Part shown: piece after piece, positions 60,713 to 64,000 of the stretch | Layout: the number at the start of each line of letters is the position of its first letter | Position numbering within the stretch: the first letter of the stretch is position 1 | NCBI RefSeq assembly: GCF_018977255.1 | Contig: NW_024704751.1 | Location: 7,192,001 to 7,256,000 of the forward strand | DNA: 64,000 nucleotides | Direction: 5' to 3' | DNA from: Callorhinchus milii | Taxonomy: Eukaryota | Position numbers and translations under genes: made by a program | Notes under the pieces: model-generated | The model's input: the letters and a program-made list of their open reading frames with translations, nothing else | The model's database searches: none | Told to the model about the DNA's origin: nothing

Positions 60713-63700
60713 ATGGGGTTGGCCTCTGCTCTGCTCTCAGCCGCTCTCCTGGCACTCTCTCTGGCTCTCACCCCCAGGGACACCCCGTCCCGGGAGCTCA
60801 AGGACCTGGGCGGCCTGTGGCGCTTCCGGGCGGATCGTTCTGACGCCAGAGATCGCGGGTTCCAGGAGAAATGGTACCTGCAGCCCCTGAGGGAGGTACT
60901 GGACCTTCGCTGCTAACTCTTGTGTGTTGTTCTGGCCGGTCAGGAAGGCAGGCAGGCAGGCTGGCAGGCAGGCAGGCAGGCTGGCAGGCAGGCTGGCAGG
61001 CAGGCAGGCAGGCAGGTAGGCAGGCTGGCAGGCTGGCTGGCAGGCAGGCTGGCAGGTGGTGGTGGTGGTGGAAGCAGATTCGATAGAGAGACGGAGACAG
61101 GAGGGGGGCTATTCAGCCCCTCAAGCCAGTTCTGCCATTTTCTAAGGCGGTGGCTGATCTGTACCTCAAGTCCAGTTACCCGGCCTTTGCCCTGAAACCC
61201 CTCCATACCCCGAGCTGACCAACCGCCCCCTTGAAAATGCGAATGTTCCCACAACAGCTTTCGAGAGGGAATTGGATAGGAACTTGGAAAGATACGCAGT
61301 GCGCTGGGGTAAGGGGGGTGAGTGGGGACTGGCGGGTGGCTATGATGGGGCGAATGGCGAAATCCTCCTGTGCTGTAAGGTTCTACGTTAAGTCGTCCCT
61401 GTGTAGAAGGCGCAATGGAAATTGTTGTTGTTGTTGACCAGACGGGGCCGGTGATGGACATGCCGGTGCCGGCCAGCTATAACGACGTGACCCAGGAGCG
61501 GTGGCTGCGGGACTTTGTGGGCTGGGCGTGGTACGAGAAGGAGACCTGGCTCCCCAGACGCTGGCTAAAACCCGGTGCCAACCAGCGGGTGGTGCTGAGG
61601 GTGGGCAGCGCCCACTATTACACTATTGTCGTAAGTCGTCTTTTTATTCTCTCGCTCTCGCGCTTTCTCTCTCTCTCTCTTGCTCGGGAATATTGTCAAA
61701 CTCGCAGAAGTCTTATCTTTTGTGAATAGTCTAATCGTCTAAGCTGTATACTTACCCGAGTCCCAATCAGTTTCCTTTATAAAAGCACTTAGATTTCTCT
61801 GATCTAGTCATAATAATCACCTCCTATCTTGTAACCCCACTTCCCTTCCCTCCATTACTCCCGCACTTACTGGCTTCATTGAATTACACATACTCAGTGT
61901 AGTTTTATACAGGATATACAGTTTGCCCGCAACTCAGACCTTGCGTAAGTCACATTATGTAACAGCCCCGACTGATACGACTTGTGTGAGTTTTACTGCA
62001 TTTATGTCTCTATAAATGCAATCTTGTTGTTGTTGTTTCTGCGATAGTGTACGCTCACTCCGTCAGAAGGATCGTGGGTTCAAGCCCCCTCCCTCCCCCT
62101 CCACCAACATCCTCCTCCACCAACCACCCACCCACATCGGGGTCTTTGAGCTCACAGTCCAGGCAGGCCTCGCAACTGTGACGGTTTAAGGAACAAGGCT
62201 TGCCATTTGTCTGTTCACCACAGAAGTTATGTGCGTGCCTATGGGTTTAGCCTCCCCCTCCTGGCCTTAAGTGGCTGCCAATCCCCCAAATGAAATCAGT
62301 CCCTCACTTCTCGGCTGTTTGTTGCGCAAATTGGCTGCCGCGTTCTGCCCACAAACTACACAGCTGCCGCACTTCACAGTAAGACCCTGTGAAGAAGCCC
62401 TTTGAGACGTCTCGATGACGTGATGAGGCGTCACATTAAGTGCTCGGTCTATGTGTTTAAATCAATGAAATCTCCTGATAAGGTGCAGCCACAGCATTGG
62501 CGCTCCCTCTGGTGCCAGAGGCGAGTCGTGCAGAGGGCTGTCTTTATCGGTGATTGTGTTGAGATTGTGTAACAGTGAGATCTTGAGCTCACGGTCCAGA
62601 TCAACGCTCCTTTGCGGTGTTGGGGGGAGAGAGAGAGAGAGAGTCCTGCATTGTCGGAGGCGCCGTCCTTCGGATGAGACCTTAAACCGAGCTCCCCCCA
62701 CCCCAGATGGCGGTTAAAGATCGGCCCGCAAAACACACAGTCACTACACTGGGAGAGGCAATTTCCGCACGTGCTAGGAGATGTTTTGACGTATCACAGG
62801 CGCTGTGCGTCGAGTGCGAGGGTCGCTGTTACACCGCAGCGGGAACGTTCCGCTGGGATGCGGCGCAAAGAGCCGGAATGTTTGCGGAGCCCTGATGCGG
62901 GTTCGCGGTCTCCTTTCAGTGGGTGAACGGGGTCCAGGTGATGTCGCACGAGGGGGGACACCTGCCGTTCGAAGCCGAGGTCACCAAAGTTATCCGGATC
63001 AACGGGAGCGTTCCCTGCCGGATCACCGTGGCCGTCAATAACACGTTGACCCTGCACACACTGCCCCCAGGGGACATCCTGTACATGAACGACACCAAGA
63101 GGTGAGGAGGGTGGGAGCGGTTCTGTGTGTGTGTGTGGGGGTGGGGGTGGGGGGCGCGCTTGCGTGGGTTGGGGGGGGTGAAGTGACACAACGCGAGGTG
63201 AAACAGCTCGTTCCAGTTCATTTTTGAACGCAGTGGGTAGCGCTCTCACCTCTGGGTCTGATGTTTGTGGGTTCAAGCCCCCCCCGACCTTCGGATGTCT
63301 GAGACGTCAAACCGATTTTTTCCCCCCCCCCCACTACCCCATCCCCACCGCCTTTTCACCCCGTCGACCAACTTTACTGTCTGCCCTGTTCAGGTGGACG
63401 TTAAAGATCTGGTGTGGCCACCATTCGAACGAGAGAAGAGGGGGTTTCTCTCTCTCTCCCTCTCCCTCTCTCTCCCGGTCTCCCGGCCAACAATCCCCTC
63501 CCCCCAAATAAAATTGCTCCCTCGCTTCACGTCTGTTTGTGGGACGTGTCTGTGCGCAAACTGGCAGCTGTGTTCACCAGCATAAGAATGATCCGTGTGT
63601 GTGACGTAGCGCCTTATCACATCGTTGCAACGTCTCAAAGCGCTTCACAGCGTACACTGTAAGGTGGAGTGACTGTATATGATACACACAGCATATACAC

Positions 63701-63969
63701 AACACTTTACAGTGAATCCTGCGAAGGGCTTATGATGACCTCCTGACGTGAACAGGCTCTGGGTGAAAGTTTAAGGGTTATTATTTTCCGTCAATCTCTC
63801 CGTTCGCTCCACCCTCTCGCCCTCAGGTACCCACCCGGGTATTTTGTGCAGCAAACGTACTTCGACTTCTTTAACTACGCCGGGATCCATCGCCCCGTCC
63901 TCCTGTACGCCACCCCCGAGGTTTACCTGGATGACATTATCGTGGTGACGGACATCGTAAGTGATTTGG
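60713..63969 (+). CDS. GUSB: Beta-glucuronidase, exons 1-4 (continues off the right edge)
   Basis: Exons 60713-60895, 61442-61630, 62920-63101, 63827-63969; GT-AG and in phase. Signal peptide, [44 protein letters not shown]...[14 protein letters not shown]...[18 protein letters not shown] (GH2). Confidence 0.97.
60945..61056 (+). repeat. (GGCA/GGCT)n tetranucleotide array in GUSB intron 1
   Basis: Read directly. Confidence 0.9.
63230..63600 (+). mobile_element. Family B SINE in GUSB intron 3, abutting an inverted SINE tail
   Basis: gtagcgctctcacctctgggtctgatgtttgtgggttcaagcc...caggtggacgttaaagatc...gcgcaaactggcagc. Confidence 0.6.
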
Positions 63970-64000
63970 GTAAGTCACCGCTCGCTCAGCCCGACCGTAG

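Overview
This is intron-rich vertebrate genomic DNA, not microbial. The repeat content (tRNA-headed SINEs with L2-like tails and (TAA)n ends, SacSINE1-like SINEs, CR1 and L2 LINE remnants) suggests a cartilaginous fish, possibly a chimaera; that assignment is an inference. Manual splicing recovers six protein-coding genes that the ORF track mostly misses: the first two coding exons of ZNHIT3 (-), an intronless EDG/MECA-type orphan GPCR (-), a complete 8-exon GPI-type carbonic anhydrase 4 (+), a 16-coding-exon argininosuccinate lyase (+) with a 1-nt deficit in a G run, a 5-exon acrosin/TMPRSS12-like serine protease with a hydrophobic C-terminal tail (-), and the first four exons of beta-glucuronidase (+). 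The most notable points are the GPCR lacking the LPA/S1P ligand residues, the protease lying head-to-head with GUSB across two perfect CLEAR palindromes, the ASL frameshift, and the joining of gene groups found on human 17 and 7q11. I see no firm evidence for a wholly new biological system; the candidates below are hypotheses. Gene identities come from recalled motifs and exon structures, not database searches.
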